Positions 19,192 to 31,247 of a stretch of DNA of 64,000 nt are shown piece by piece. The notes below the pieces were generated by a model. It saw nothing but the letters and a program-made list of their open reading frames with translations. It was not told where the DNA came from and did no database searches. The stretch's first letter is position 1. Each line of letters opens with the position of its first letter. A program made the position numbers and the translations under genes. Source of the stretch: an uncultured Gammaproteobacteria bacterium (GTDB taxonomy: Bacteria; Patescibacteriota; Microgenomatia; Daviesbacterales; UBA10151); NCBI GenBank assembly GCA_964390595.1, contig CAYMIA010000004.1, forward strand, positions 4,023-68,022, written 5' to 3'.

Positions 19192-20004
19192 ATGGATTCT
19201 ATCCGGTTGATTTCGGTGATTGTTCCTTCATACAAACAGGAACAAACTATTCTACAGAATTTAAAAAGAATTAAATTGGTTTTAGATCAATTGCGCTATC
19301 CTACTGAGTTAATTTGCGTGGTGGATGGAACAAATGTCGATCAAACTTTTGAAAAGGCGCTTAAGTTTGCTAAATTGCAAAAAAACGTTAAAGTGGTGGG
19401 ATATGAACACAACAAAGGTAAGGGGTATGCAGTCCGCTTTGGGATGGCAGAAAGTAAAGGGGACATCATTGCTTTTATTGATGCTGGGACTGATTTAGAT
19501 CCGAATGGGTTGTCGATGCTTCTGGAACATTTTGAATGGTATAAAGCCGATATTGTGATTGGTTCAAAAAGACACCCCGCTTCTAAAGTTAACTATCCTT
19601 GGCAAAGAAAGATCTTGTCTTTTGGTTATCAAATTTTAGTCCGATTACTTTTTGGTTTGACAGTTAAAGATACTCAGGTGGGGATGAAGTTTTATAGGCG
19701 GGAAGTTTTAGAAAAAGTTTTGCCACGTCTTTTAGTCAAAGCTTTTGCTTTTGATATTGAAATTTTGGCAGTGGCTAATTATTTGGGGTATAAAAGGATC
19801 TTTGAAGCACCAGTGGAGATTAAATTGGACTTTGGAGGAACTTCAACTGTGACCAGCCGGAAGTTTATAAGAACAGTATTATTAATGGTTCAGGATACTT
19901 TAGCTGTTTTTTACAGACTGAGGATAACTAAATATTACTCGGATAAAAATCAACGCAAATGGCGCTTTGATCCTGAGTTGAATTTCCGGGTTAATGTAGG
20001 TTAA
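19192..20004 (+). CDS. polyprenyl-phosphate sugar synthase (DPM1/GtrB/ArnC-like GT2)
   Basis: ISVIVPSYKQEQTI..., IDAGTDLDP, and the C-terminal TQVGMKFYRREVLEKVLPRLLVKAFAFDIEILAVANYLGYK are typical of dolichyl/undecaprenyl-phosphate mannose/glucose synthases. Confidence 0.75.
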   Translation: MDSIRLISVIVPSYKQEQTILQNLKRIKLVLDQLRYPTELICVVDGTNVDQTFEKALKFAKLQKNVKVVGYEHNKGKGYAVRFGMAESKGDIIAFIDAGTDLDPNGLSMLLEHFEWYKADIVIGSKRHPASKVNYPWQRKILSFGYQILVRLLFGLTVKDTQVGMKFYRREVLEKVLPRLLVKAFAFDIEILAVANYLGYKRIFEAPVEIKLDFGGTSTVTSRKFIRTVLLMVQDTLAVFYRLRITKYYSDKNQRKWRFDPELNFRVNVG

Positions 20005-20016
20005 AATACTGGGGTT

Positions 20017-21015
20017 ATGCCAGAAAAACTCGATTTAGTTCCACCTAAACCACCCGCGATTATAGTTCCGAGTCCAATTCCTATGGAAATAATTCCTGGA
20101 GCGACACTTACGTCTGGCAAAGAATTGGAAAGACAGAGTAAATGGATGGTGGCAGCCTCGTATTTCTATACAGTCTATCAAACCTCTGATGATTTGGTAG
20201 CGGCGGGAGAAGGTTTGACCAATTGGGCGCAAATGGATATTAATTTGGGTAATTTGAATGAGGCTGCCAAAACTTTAAATCATGATCAAGACCCCAAGTT
20301 TGCTGGTTTGAAAAATATCGATTGGCAGTATCTCCAAGCTGATATAGCTTTTAGAAGAGCTTGGATTGCTGATGAGTTGGGAGATTTTAGAGAAGCATTG
20401 AGTCAAGTTAAGGCGGCTAGAGTTTTGGTAGATCAGGTGCTTGAGAAAGAGCGCACAGCCAGAGTTTGGGATTTGGATCAATCGGTTAGTCATTTTGAGG
20501 CTAGAGCTTTTTTTGGATCAGGGGTGCAAGGGATAAATAGAGATCATTTAGAGACCGCTGAGAATTTATTTGCTAATGAGTTAATGAGGTACAAAGCCTT
20601 AAGAAGAGAAGGCGAACCTTATCCGGCTAATGAAGGGTTTCAGCAACTCTGGTTGGCTAGGATTTACTTAGTGACTGGGGAACTGGAGAGAGCTGAAGGG
20701 AGAGCAGAAGCAGCTAGAGAATTGTTTAGTGAATATTCTAGGGAGGTACCAACTAGTGGAATTAGTGCTCATTACGATCGAATGATAGGTAGTATTGCTT
20801 TGCGTAAAGGGTTAATTGAAGAAGCCAAGAGATCATTTGTGTTCGCGTTTTCAGTTAACACTGAATTTGAAAAATACCCCAAAGGCGCTGGCGAGGCAGC
20901 TTGGGGTTTAGCTAAAGCTTTTGCAATGGAGGGGAAAGGTGAGAGAGCGGTTGGATGGAGTAATTATGCTGTATCAGTCTATCCTCAAATTTTGCTGCGG
21001 GGCTTCATTGAGTAA
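20017..21015 (+). CDS. hypothetical soluble alpha-helical protein (TPR-like?), compositionally atypical
   Basis: A 332-aa ORF with an ATG start. It has no TM helices. It is Ala/Glu/Arg/Gly-rich, and its local GC is visibly higher than in its neighbours. No recognisable catalytic motif. Confidence 0.5.
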   Translation: MPEKLDLVPPKPPAIIVPSPIPMEIIPGATLTSGKELERQSKWMVAASYFYTVYQTSDDLVAAGEGLTNWAQMDINLGNLNEAAKTLNHDQDPKFAGLKNIDWQYLQADIAFRRAWIADELGDFREALSQVKAARVLVDQVLEKERTARVWDLDQSVSHFEARAFFGSGVQGINRDHLETAENLFANELMRYKALRREGEPYPANEGFQQLWLARIYLVTGELERAEGRAEAARELFSEYSREVPTSGISAHYDRMIGSIALRKGLIEEAKRSFVFAFSVNTEFEKYPKGAGEAAWGLAKAFAMEGKGERAVGWSNYAVSVYPQILLRGFIE

Positions 21016-21040
21016 TTAACTTTATGATACTATTTTCTTT

Positions 21041-24118
<3,078 letters not shown>

Positions 24119-24150
24119 TGCTTGCCAGTATAGCAAAGCCTTCAAAGCTA

Positions 24151-24178
24151 TTGCAAAACTTTAATTGATTTGTATAAT
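24151..24178 (+). promoter_or_regulatory. candidate sigma70-like promoter in divergent intergenic region (TTGCAA-16nt-TATAAT)
   Basis: TTGCAA at 24151-24156, a 16-nt spacer, then TATAAT at 24173-24178. It sits immediately upstream of the ATG at 24189, implying a very short leader or a leaderless transcript. Confidence 0.35.
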
Positions 24179-24188
24179 CCAGTTAAGC

Positions 24189-25580
24189 ATGGACCAAGTA
24201 AAATCTTTAATAAAAAGTGAGATATCGGAGTGGAGAAAATATTACAACCAGAATATTTTTTACCACCAAGATCTGCAAAGACTGGCAATAAATTTAATTC
24301 CTCAGGACGCATCGGTAATTGAATTTGGTTGTAGGGGAGGAGAGTTACTAGGTAAACTGCCGAATAAAATAAGAGTTGGGGTTGATGATAATCGATCAAT
24401 TTTAGAGTACGCTAGAAAAAGAAATCCTAAGATAAAATTTGTTGATAGTGGACATCTTCCAAAAATAAAATTTGATTATATTCTACTCTCTCACAATTTA
24501 ATGAACGAAGATGATATTCAAGGGTTTATTAGGTCACTTAGAAAAATCAGCCAAACTGATACCAGAATTGTTGTAACTTATTTTAATTACACCTGGAAGC
24601 CTTTTTTTGATGTGGCTTCTAAATTGGGACTGATGTTTCCTTTAAGGAGTGAGCCAAATTGGTTGACTTCTTCGGATGTTAGTAATTTCTTTTACTTAGA
24701 GGGATATGAAAACATAAAAGATGGCAGGCGGTTTATCTGGCCCTATAATTTTTTAAAGATAGGGTACCTTTTCAATAAATATATCTCACCTTTGCCGATT
24801 ATTAATGCTTTTTGTCTAATTAATTATGCGGTTTACCGTTCTAGACCTATCCCCAAAGATTATTCAGTTTCAGTGATCATTCCGGCTAGAAATGAGTCAG
24901 GTAATATGAAAGGGGTTTTGGCAAAAATTCCTAAGATGGGTCGAGGAGTGGAGGTGATTTTTGTTGAAGGGCACTCCAAAGATGATACTTATGATGTTAT
25001 CAAAAAGGAAATTGCAGATTACAAAGGTCGTATGAGACTTCAATTATTTAAACAAAAAGGGGTTGGTAAGGGGGATGCGGTTAGACTTGGGTTTACAAAA
25101 GCCAAAAATGATATTCTGATGATTTTGGATGCTGACTTAACTGTAGCTCCAAAAGATTTGCCAAAGTTTTATAAGATTGCTGCCTCTGGTAGAGGGGATT
25201 TTGTAATGGGTTCCAGACTGGTTTATCCAATGGAAAAACTGGCGATGAGAACCTTGAATATCTTGGGTAATAAGTTTTTTAGCTTAGCATTTTCATTTCT
25301 TTTGGGGCAAAAAATTAAGGATACATTGGCTGGAACAAAGGTTTTGACCAAGGAGAATTATAGAAAGATTGAAAAAAATAGAAAGTTTTTTGGAGATTTT
25401 GATCCTTTTGGAGATTTTGACTTAATATTTGGTGCTGCCAAGTTAAATCTAAAAATTGTTGAGATACCAATTAGATATAAACAGAGAACTTATGGAACTA
25501 CTAATATTAGCCGGTTCAGACATGGTGTGCTCCTCTTGAGGATGGTATTGTTTGCTGCCTTGAAGATTAAATTTATTTAA
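24189..25580 (+). CDS. fusion protein: N-terminal SAM-dependent methyltransferase-like domain + C-terminal DPM1/GtrB-like GT2 domain
   Basis: The start is taken at ATG 24189 (MDQVKSL...). The N-terminal half carries VIEFGCRGGELLG, a class I MTase motif I-like segment. The C-terminal half carries SVSVIIPARNESGNM, MILDADLTV and the AGTKVLTKENYRKI segment shared with DPM1-like enzymes. Confidence 0.65.
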   Translation: MDQVKSLIKSEISEWRKYYNQNIFYHQDLQRLAINLIPQDASVIEFGCRGGELLGKLPNKIRVGVDDNRSILEYARKRNPKIKFVDSGHLPKIKFDYILLSHNLMNEDDIQGFIRSLRKISQTDTRIVVTYFNYTWKPFFDVASKLGLMFPLRSEPNWLTSSDVSNFFYLEGYENIKDGRRFIWPYNFLKIGYLFNKYISPLPIINAFCLINYAVYRSRPIPKDYSVSVIIPARNESGNMKGVLAKIPKMGRGVEVIFVEGHSKDDTYDVIKKEIADYKGRMRLQLFKQKGVGKGDAVRLGFTKAKNDILMILDADLTVAPKDLPKFYKIAASGRGDFVMGSRLVYPMEKLAMRTLNILGNKFFSLAFSFLLGQKIKDTLAGTKVLTKENYRKIEKNRKFFGDFDPFGDFDLIFGAAKLNLKIVEIPIRYKQRTYGTTNISRFRHGVLLLRMVLFAALKIKFI

Positions 25581-26475
25581 GTTTTTTTGGTTTGTAGCCC
25601 ATTGAGGTGGTGTGAATGCCGAAGATCCTAATTGGATCAAAACCATCAAGCAAGGTAGCTAAAGCGATAAACGGTTTAATCATTAAATTATTCCAAATTG
25701 TTAAAATAGTTTTTGAGCCAAATTTCCAGTTGATAAATAGGTCACCATAGCGGATTAGATGAGGAAACATTAGCATGCCGGTTGTTTTAACTTTTTCAAA
25801 ACCCACATTTTTAAGCCAGCCCCGCTGCTCCCAAGGGAAATATGATGGTTCATAACTGGTAATATCTTTAAAGACCCGGTTGGTGGCCTCGTTGACAAGA
25901 TAGGATCCCCACAGATCTAGTTTGTTGTTGATGCCAGTTATAAAAAATCCACCTGGTTTTAAAACTCTAAAAGCTTCAGCGCATGACTTCTCATTTTCTC
26001 TGATGTGCTCAATCGTTCCAAAGCTAAAAACCACATCAAAACTGTTACTTTTAAAAGGTAATTTTCTGATATCACCTACTTTGAAATGACCGGTGTTAAT
26101 AATTTTAGTGAAATTTTTCTTGGCTAGTCTGACTACTTCTTTGGAGATATCAACTCCGTAAAGATCGTAGCCCTGTTTGAGTAACCAATGAGAGATTTCC
26201 GCAGTACCAGTGGCTTCATTGTAGAGATCGTATTTTAAAAGTTTAGCCCCTTTTTTTCTAGGTAGAAATTGTTTTAGTTGACGGGTAATTCCTTGAATAA
26301 AATATTCATCTGTGAGTGTTTTTCCAACTAATTCTTTATGGGGACTATTTTTTACCACACTGTCCCAGCGTTCTCCAAGATTTTTATTAACCTTTTCCCA
26401 ATTCTGATAAAAATCTTTTTTGTCATAAGTTTTTAACTTGGAATTTTTACTAAAATTAAATGTTCGGTCGCTCAT
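25573..26475 (-). CDS. class I SAM-dependent methyltransferase
   Basis: The likely ATG start is at 26475 (MSDRTF...); the ORF track extends it to a TTG at 26493. It carries DLYGVDISKEVV, FDVVFSFGTIEHI and LKPGGFFITG (motifs I, II and post-I). Confidence 0.65.
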   Translation of the reverse strand: MSDRTFNFSKNSKLKTYDKKDFYQNWEKVNKNLGERWDSVVKNSPHKELVGKTLTDEYFIQGITRQLKQFLPRKKGAKLLKYDLYNEATGTAEISHWLLKQGYDLYGVDISKEVVRLAKKNFTKIINTGHFKVGDIRKLPFKSNSFDVVFSFGTIEHIRENEKSCAEAFRVLKPGGFFITGINNKLDLWGSYLVNEATNRVFKDITSYEPSYFPWEQRGWLKNVGFEKVKTTGMLMFPHLIRYGDLFINWKFGSKTILTIWNNLMIKPFIALATLLDGFDPIRIFGIHTTSMGYKPKKLK

Positions 26476-26499
26476 ATCTTTGAGATGGTACAAAAAAGA

Positions 26500-27483
26500 T
26501 TATCGTTTCGCAAGTGTTTTTTGAATACCTTGCTGGTAATCGACTTTGGGATTGTAGCCTAATTCTTTTTTGGCTTTATTGATATTATAGTGCCAGTTAT
26601 CAGCAACTGTGATTACCTTTTGGACTGTCAAGGGTGGTTCATTCCTGAAAATTTGTGGAGAGATTTGATAACCTAATTTATAGAGAGTTTCAAAAACAAA
26701 GGCTGCACTTTGCAGCGGGAATTTGGGAATAGTTTTAGACTTTGAAAAGATCTTTAGATTTTTCTTAACTAAATTTACTAGATCAATTAATTTAATTGGT
26801 TTGCTTGACGCGATGAGATATGTTTGGTTTTGTCCGCCTTTTTTAATTGCTTTGATGTAGGCTTCCGTTAGGTCATCGATATAGACTAAATGTAGCAGAT
26901 TATTACCGCTACCGATTATTGGAAATTTGTTTTTTTTGATTAACTCCACCATTTTAGTAACCATGCCGAGTTCAGTATCGTTTGGACCGTAGACAATAGC
27001 GGGACGGATTACAGTGTAGGGGATGCCGTATTTTAAGCAAACTTCTTGCAAGTTATTTTCAGCGATTATTTTGCTTTTTCCGTAAATATCTTTAGCGAGC
27101 AGTGGACTGTTTTCATCGGTTGGGTGATCTTTCAGCCGGCCATAAACATAGACTGAGCTAGTGTCGATAATATGTTTAAGTTGGCTGTTTGGAGTGATCA
27201 ATTTCTTTAAAACATGAGCGTTAACTTCTAAAAAATTACTGGGGATGTTCCAATTGGCGCGGATAGCGGCTAAGTGGATAAAAACATCATTGCTATTTAG
27301 TTCTTTTGTAAAAGTCTCTGGTTTGAGCAGATCTCCAATGACTGTTTTGACGCCCTGTTTTTTAAGTAGTTCAGCCTTTGATTTATCTCGGGCTAAAGCG
27401 GTGATCTGATACTTTTCTTTTTTTAGTTTCTTAATCAGTTCTCGACCGATGAAACCGGTTGCACCTGTAATAAATATCTTCAT
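26500..27483 (-). CDS. NAD-dependent epimerase/dehydratase (extended SDR, UDP-sugar 4-epimerase-like)
   Basis: MKIFITGATGFIGREL and the catalytic YGKSK. About 327 aa. Confidence 0.75.
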   Translation of the reverse strand: MKIFITGATGFIGRELIKKLKKEKYQITALARDKSKAELLKKQGVKTVIGDLLKPETFTKELNSNDVFIHLAAIRANWNIPSNFLEVNAHVLKKLITPNSQLKHIIDTSSVYVYGRLKDHPTDENSPLLAKDIYGKSKIIAENNLQEVCLKYGIPYTVIRPAIVYGPNDTELGMVTKMVELIKKNKFPIIGSGNNLLHLVYIDDLTEAYIKAIKKGGQNQTYLIASSKPIKLIDLVNLVKKNLKIFSKSKTIPKFPLQSAAFVFETLYKLGYQISPQIFRNEPPLTVQKVITVADNWHYNINKAKKELGYNPKVDYQQGIQKTLAKR

Positions 27484-29234
27484 AGTCCTTTCAATTTAAT
27501 GCGCGTTTGATCGGTTGTGTCAACGAGCTCATTTTGATCGTTAATCCGGTAGCTGTAAATATTTTCAATTGGAACAGGTTTAACCGGATTATTAAATCTG
27601 GCGATAGATTGACCGTTTTGATAAGCGGAAACGATTTCTAGCCAATTATCAGTATAGACTAAGGTGGGGTCAAATTTAAGATGTTGTTCAATAGCGACAA
27701 AGGCGGGGAAACCAAAGAGGATATTTTGATAAAGAATTTTGTAATCGCTACCTTCGAAGTAAAAAACTAGTGGCGAGTTGTGGGTTTTAAGTTGGGAGAT
27801 TTTAGGGAATGAACGATGAATTTTAGTGGCTATTGCGGTGTCGCGATTGTAACGAAGATCCATTAAATAATTAAACGAGGCAATTCCCTGAATTAGTATG
27901 AGGGCGCAGATAACTGAGCTTAGAATAAGTTGTTTTTTTCTAGTTTCACCTAAACTAACTGTTGTTCCGAAAAGTATTGCGATAGCTACAGCTGTAACGA
28001 TCAGATAGCGCTGAGTGGTAATTTGAACGGTCAAAGGAAACCTCATCCAAGCTAGCAAAAAAGAGCAAAAGAGCCAACTAAAGGAGGTAAAAAGGGCAAT
28101 TCCAGCTTTTTCATTTCGATAATAAAAAATAACCTCAAGTAGCATAATAAGAGTGAAGCCGCCGATTAATGACCAATGTACTCCGGCGACATTTTGATAA
28201 GAACCGAGACCTAAAGTGGCAAGTAGGATTTTAACAGCTATGATCCAAATAAATGTCAAAAAGGCGGTGAGAATTAGAAATTTGTTATCTAGTTTGGAGA
28301 CGCATTTTTTAAGGAGCCAGCTGATGAGTAATGCAACCACCCAGATTTTGAGAATATTCAGATCTGAATATTCTGGGTGGACTAACTCAAGAGCGTGGGG
28401 AATCATTGAATCGGGTAATAGAACTGACCCAATTTGAATGATAGGATTGATAATAATCTGATATTGCCCACTAGAGATTAATTTGGAAGGAGTAGCTGTG
28501 CCTCCATTTAGGGTATTTCCCCATGTGCTGTTAATTCTTTCAAAAAGATTGTGGCCATTTCCGATGCTGTTGCCAATGGATAGAATTAAAATAAAAGTTA
28601 AGGAGATACCAATCAGCTGAAAGAGACTCCAGCGGATGTCGGTAAATTTATGATGGAAGATCAGCCAAAAAATTTCGATTAACACTAAAAAAATCGGTAG
28701 GCCGGTCATCCGGATCGGTTGGGTGACTATGGTTAAGAAAAAAAGTAAGAATGACAGAAATAGAAATTTAGTGCTCGTTAACTCTTTAGATTTAAAATAG
28801 GTAGTTATAAAAAGATTCAAGAAAAAAATTGAAATATAACTGGCCATATTAAAAGCCCAATTACTAGTTTCTAAACCAGCAGTTGTTAAAGCAAAAAAAA
28901 GCATCGAGATAAAAATTGCTAGTTTGTTTTTAGTGAAATAATTTAGGAGAGGATAGAAAGAAAAAACTGCCAAGGTGCGCAGAACAAAAGAGAGTAGATA
29001 AAAGTAGACCGATTTTAGTCCAATTGACTGATAGAGGATACCAACAATGGTGTCAGCCATGCCATAGGGGGAGAGTAGAAATTTCCAACTAATTAGATGA
29101 GCACCTGGATCTTGAGCTAGTGCAAAAAGATAATCATTAATTGCTAAATAATCATCTCCGGATAGCCCAATATGAAAAGTTGGCCGGAGAATTAGCAGAT
29201 GAGCTATTAAAATGACAAAAAATATGATTACCAT
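27480..29234 (-). CDS. polytopic membrane protein, putative GT-C-type glycosyltransferase / YfhO-like
   Basis: At 584 aa with more than 12 predicted TM helices. It has an N-terminal GDDY acidic motif in its first loop and a C-terminal non-membrane domain. Confidence 0.5.
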   Translation of the reverse strand: MVIIFFVILIAHLLILRPTFHIGLSGDDYLAINDYLFALAQDPGAHLISWKFLLSPYGMADTIVGILYQSIGLKSVYFYLLSFVLRTLAVFSFYPLLNYFTKNKLAIFISMLFFALTTAGLETSNWAFNMASYISIFFLNLFITTYFKSKELTSTKFLFLSFLLFFLTIVTQPIRMTGLPIFLVLIEIFWLIFHHKFTDIRWSLFQLIGISLTFILILSIGNSIGNGHNLFERINSTWGNTLNGGTATPSKLISSGQYQIIINPIIQIGSVLLPDSMIPHALELVHPEYSDLNILKIWVVALLISWLLKKCVSKLDNKFLILTAFLTFIWIIAVKILLATLGLGSYQNVAGVHWSLIGGFTLIMLLEVIFYYRNEKAGIALFTSFSWLFCSFLLAWMRFPLTVQITTQRYLIVTAVAIAILFGTTVSLGETRKKQLILSSVICALILIQGIASFNYLMDLRYNRDTAIATKIHRSFPKISQLKTHNSPLVFYFEGSDYKILYQNILFGFPAFVAIEQHLKFDPTLVYTDNWLEIVSAYQNGQSIARFNNPVKPVPIENIYSYRINDQNELVDTTDQTRIKLKGL

Positions 29235-29289
29235 GTTTACAGCCTGAGTTGGTTTAATAGTATAATACTACAGAGAATTTACCGGGCCT

Positions 29290-30108
29290 ATGGTTTCCAT
29301 CATTATTACTACCAGAAATGAAGAGCAAGTTCTAGAGCGGCTTTTAAAAAGTATTGCCAAACAGACCTACAAAAAAATTGAAACGATTGTTGTGGATAAT
29401 AAATCGGCCGATAAAACTGTTTCCATTGCTAAAAAATATACCAAAAATGTTTATGATTTTGGACCAGAGAGATCAGCCCAAAGAAATTATGGAGCCAAGA
29501 AAGCTAAAGGTGAGTATCTATTAGTTTTGGATGCAGACATGGAGTTGACTCCAACTGTTGTTGAGCAATGCTTGATGGTGATTGAGAAAGATCAAAAGAT
29601 CGGGGCAGTGGCAATTCCTGAAATATCAGTTGCCAAGACTTTTTGGGAAAGGGTTAAAGCTTACGAAAGGTCTTTTTATAATAAGGAAGGTGATTCAACG
29701 ACAGATGCAGCTCGTTTTTTTAGAAGAGAAGCCTTTGAAAAAGTTGGCGGTTATGATGAAACGATTACTGGTCCTGAAGATTGGGATCTACCAGAGAATA
29801 TTAAAAAAAGAGGCTACAAGACCACCCGGATTACCGCCTCAATTAATCATTATGAAAGAGTTCCTTCTCCAGTTAAATTAGCCCAAAAAAAATATTATTA
29901 TGCCCTAACATCGCATAGATATCTTAAGAAGCATGATATTCCAGTCGTTTCAGCCAAAACAATCTATTTTTTAAGGCCAGTTTTCTATAAAAATTGGCCA
30001 AGGCTAGTATTCCATCCAGTGATGGCTGTAGCCCTTTTTTGGATGTTTACTCTAGAGCTTTTTGGGGGAGGGCTGGGGTATTTAGTTGGTAGATTCAAAA
30101 AGCTATGA
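29290..30108 (+). CDS. family 2 glycosyltransferase
   Basis: MVSIIITTRNEEQVLERLL...IVVDNKSADKT, GPERSAQRNYG and a VLDADME motif. It is a close paralog of the 37560 gene. Confidence 0.8.
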   Translation: MVSIIITTRNEEQVLERLLKSIAKQTYKKIETIVVDNKSADKTVSIAKKYTKNVYDFGPERSAQRNYGAKKAKGEYLLVLDADMELTPTVVEQCLMVIEKDQKIGAVAIPEISVAKTFWERVKAYERSFYNKEGDSTTDAARFFRREAFEKVGGYDETITGPEDWDLPENIKKRGYKTTRITASINHYERVPSPVKLAQKKYYYALTSHRYLKKHDIPVVSAKTIYFLRPVFYKNWPRLVFHPVMAVALFWMFTLELFGGGLGYLVGRFKKL

Positions 30109-31247
30109 AGGTTTTGCAGCTGACAGTCCATTTTTCTCCTAATGTTGGTGGTGTTGAAACTCACTTGTCTGATCTGGTAGCGGGTTTAATTAAGAGAAAT
30201 TTTAAAGTCTTTGTTTTGGCCTACCGCCCATTGATGATTAAGGCCCCTTGGCAGGTGTTGGAAAAATCCAAGAATTTAACTATCTTGAGATTGCCCTGGT
30301 TGCCTGGTTTTTTTTACAAGTTAGTTGGTCAGCCGGCTTTGGAATTTCTCTATCTAACACCTGGGCTTTTTTTGGTTGCGCCTTTTGTTTTAATCAAAGA
30401 GCGGCCTAATGTGATTCACGCCCACGGGTTAATCGCCGGATTTGTAGGAGTTTTTTGGGGAAAGATCTTTGGTATTAGAACAGTTGTATCAACGCATTCG
30501 ATTTATGATTTCCCTAAATCAGGAATGTACTACCTGCTAGCTAAATTTATTTTTGGTAACGCAAGTAAGACAATTTGTTTATCGAACCAATCAGTTAAGG
30601 AAATTCAGCGGCTAGGAGTAAGTGATGAAAAGATAGGTAGGTTTACCTACTGGATAGATCTGGATATTTTTTCTAGAGTGGTTAAGGCCAGAGATAGCTT
30701 GGGGTGGAAAGATGGTTTTATTGTTTTTTTTGTTGGCCGGTTGGTTGAAATCAAAGGTGTCCGGGAGTTATTGGAGGCTAGTAAATTGTTTAATAAATCA
30801 ATAAAGTTGGTCATTGCTGGAGATGGACCACTTAGAGATGAAGTTCAGTCTTTTGCAAATTCCTCTTCTGGTCGGGTGTTGTTTTTAAACCGAATTGATA
30901 ATACGAAGCTACCAACATACTATAGTGGAGCTGATGTTTTAATCGTTCCTTCGACTCATGAAGAAGGTTTTGGGAGGGTGATTTTGGAGGCATTAGCTTG
31001 TGGCACGCCTGTGATTGGGTCTAGAAGAGGAGCGATACCCGAGGCGATGGATGAAAGTGTAGGTAGATTGATTGATGTGACGCCAGAAAATATTGCTCAA
31101 GTCATCAATGAATTGCCAAAAAAACCGAAGCTGATTAAGTCTTGGGGTACTCAGGCGAGAAAATTGGCTGTGAGCAGATTTAGTGAAAAAAATATCGATG
31201 AAATTATTAACAGCTATATAGTGTCAAATGACAGTTCGACTGAATAA
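30105..31247 (+). CDS. family 4 glycosyltransferase
   Basis: VPSTHEEGFGRVILEALACGTPVIGSRRGAIPEAM is the EX7E region. Confidence 0.75.
   Translation: MKVLQLTVHFSPNVGGVETHLSDLVAGLIKRNFKVFVLAYRPLMIKAPWQVLEKSKNLTILRLPWLPGFFYKLVGQPALEFLYLTPGLFLVAPFVLIKERPNVIHAHGLIAGFVGVFWGKIFGIRTVVSTHSIYDFPKSGMYYLLAKFIFGNASKTICLSNQSVKEIQRLGVSDEKIGRFTYWIDLDIFSRVVKARDSLGWKDGFIVFFVGRLVEIKGVRELLEASKLFNKSIKLVIAGDGPLRDEVQSFANSSSGRVLFLNRIDNTKLPTYYSGADVLIVPSTHEEGFGRVILEALACGTPVIGSRRGAIPEAMDESVGRLIDVTPENIAQVINELPKKPKLIKSWGTQARKLAVSRFSEKNIDEIINSYIVSNDSSTE

Noticed and set aside
24119-24145. A TTG-initiated N-terminal extension (MKALLYWQA) of the minus-strand SDR gene. Similar TTG extensions occur at 24165-24188 and 26476-26493.
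   Set aside because: Internal ATG codons give canonical N-termini: MIIITGATGF (Rossmann) and MSDRTF for the minus-strand genes, and MDQVKSL for the plus-strand gene. The extensions start with a non-ATG codon and would eliminate the divergent promoter region.
29249-29266. Candidate promoter TTGGTT ... TATAAT in the 29235-29289 divergent region.
   Set aside because: The spacer between the -35-like and -10 hexamers is only 6 nt. Only the TATAAT at 29261-29266 is convincing, so it is not called as a promoter.
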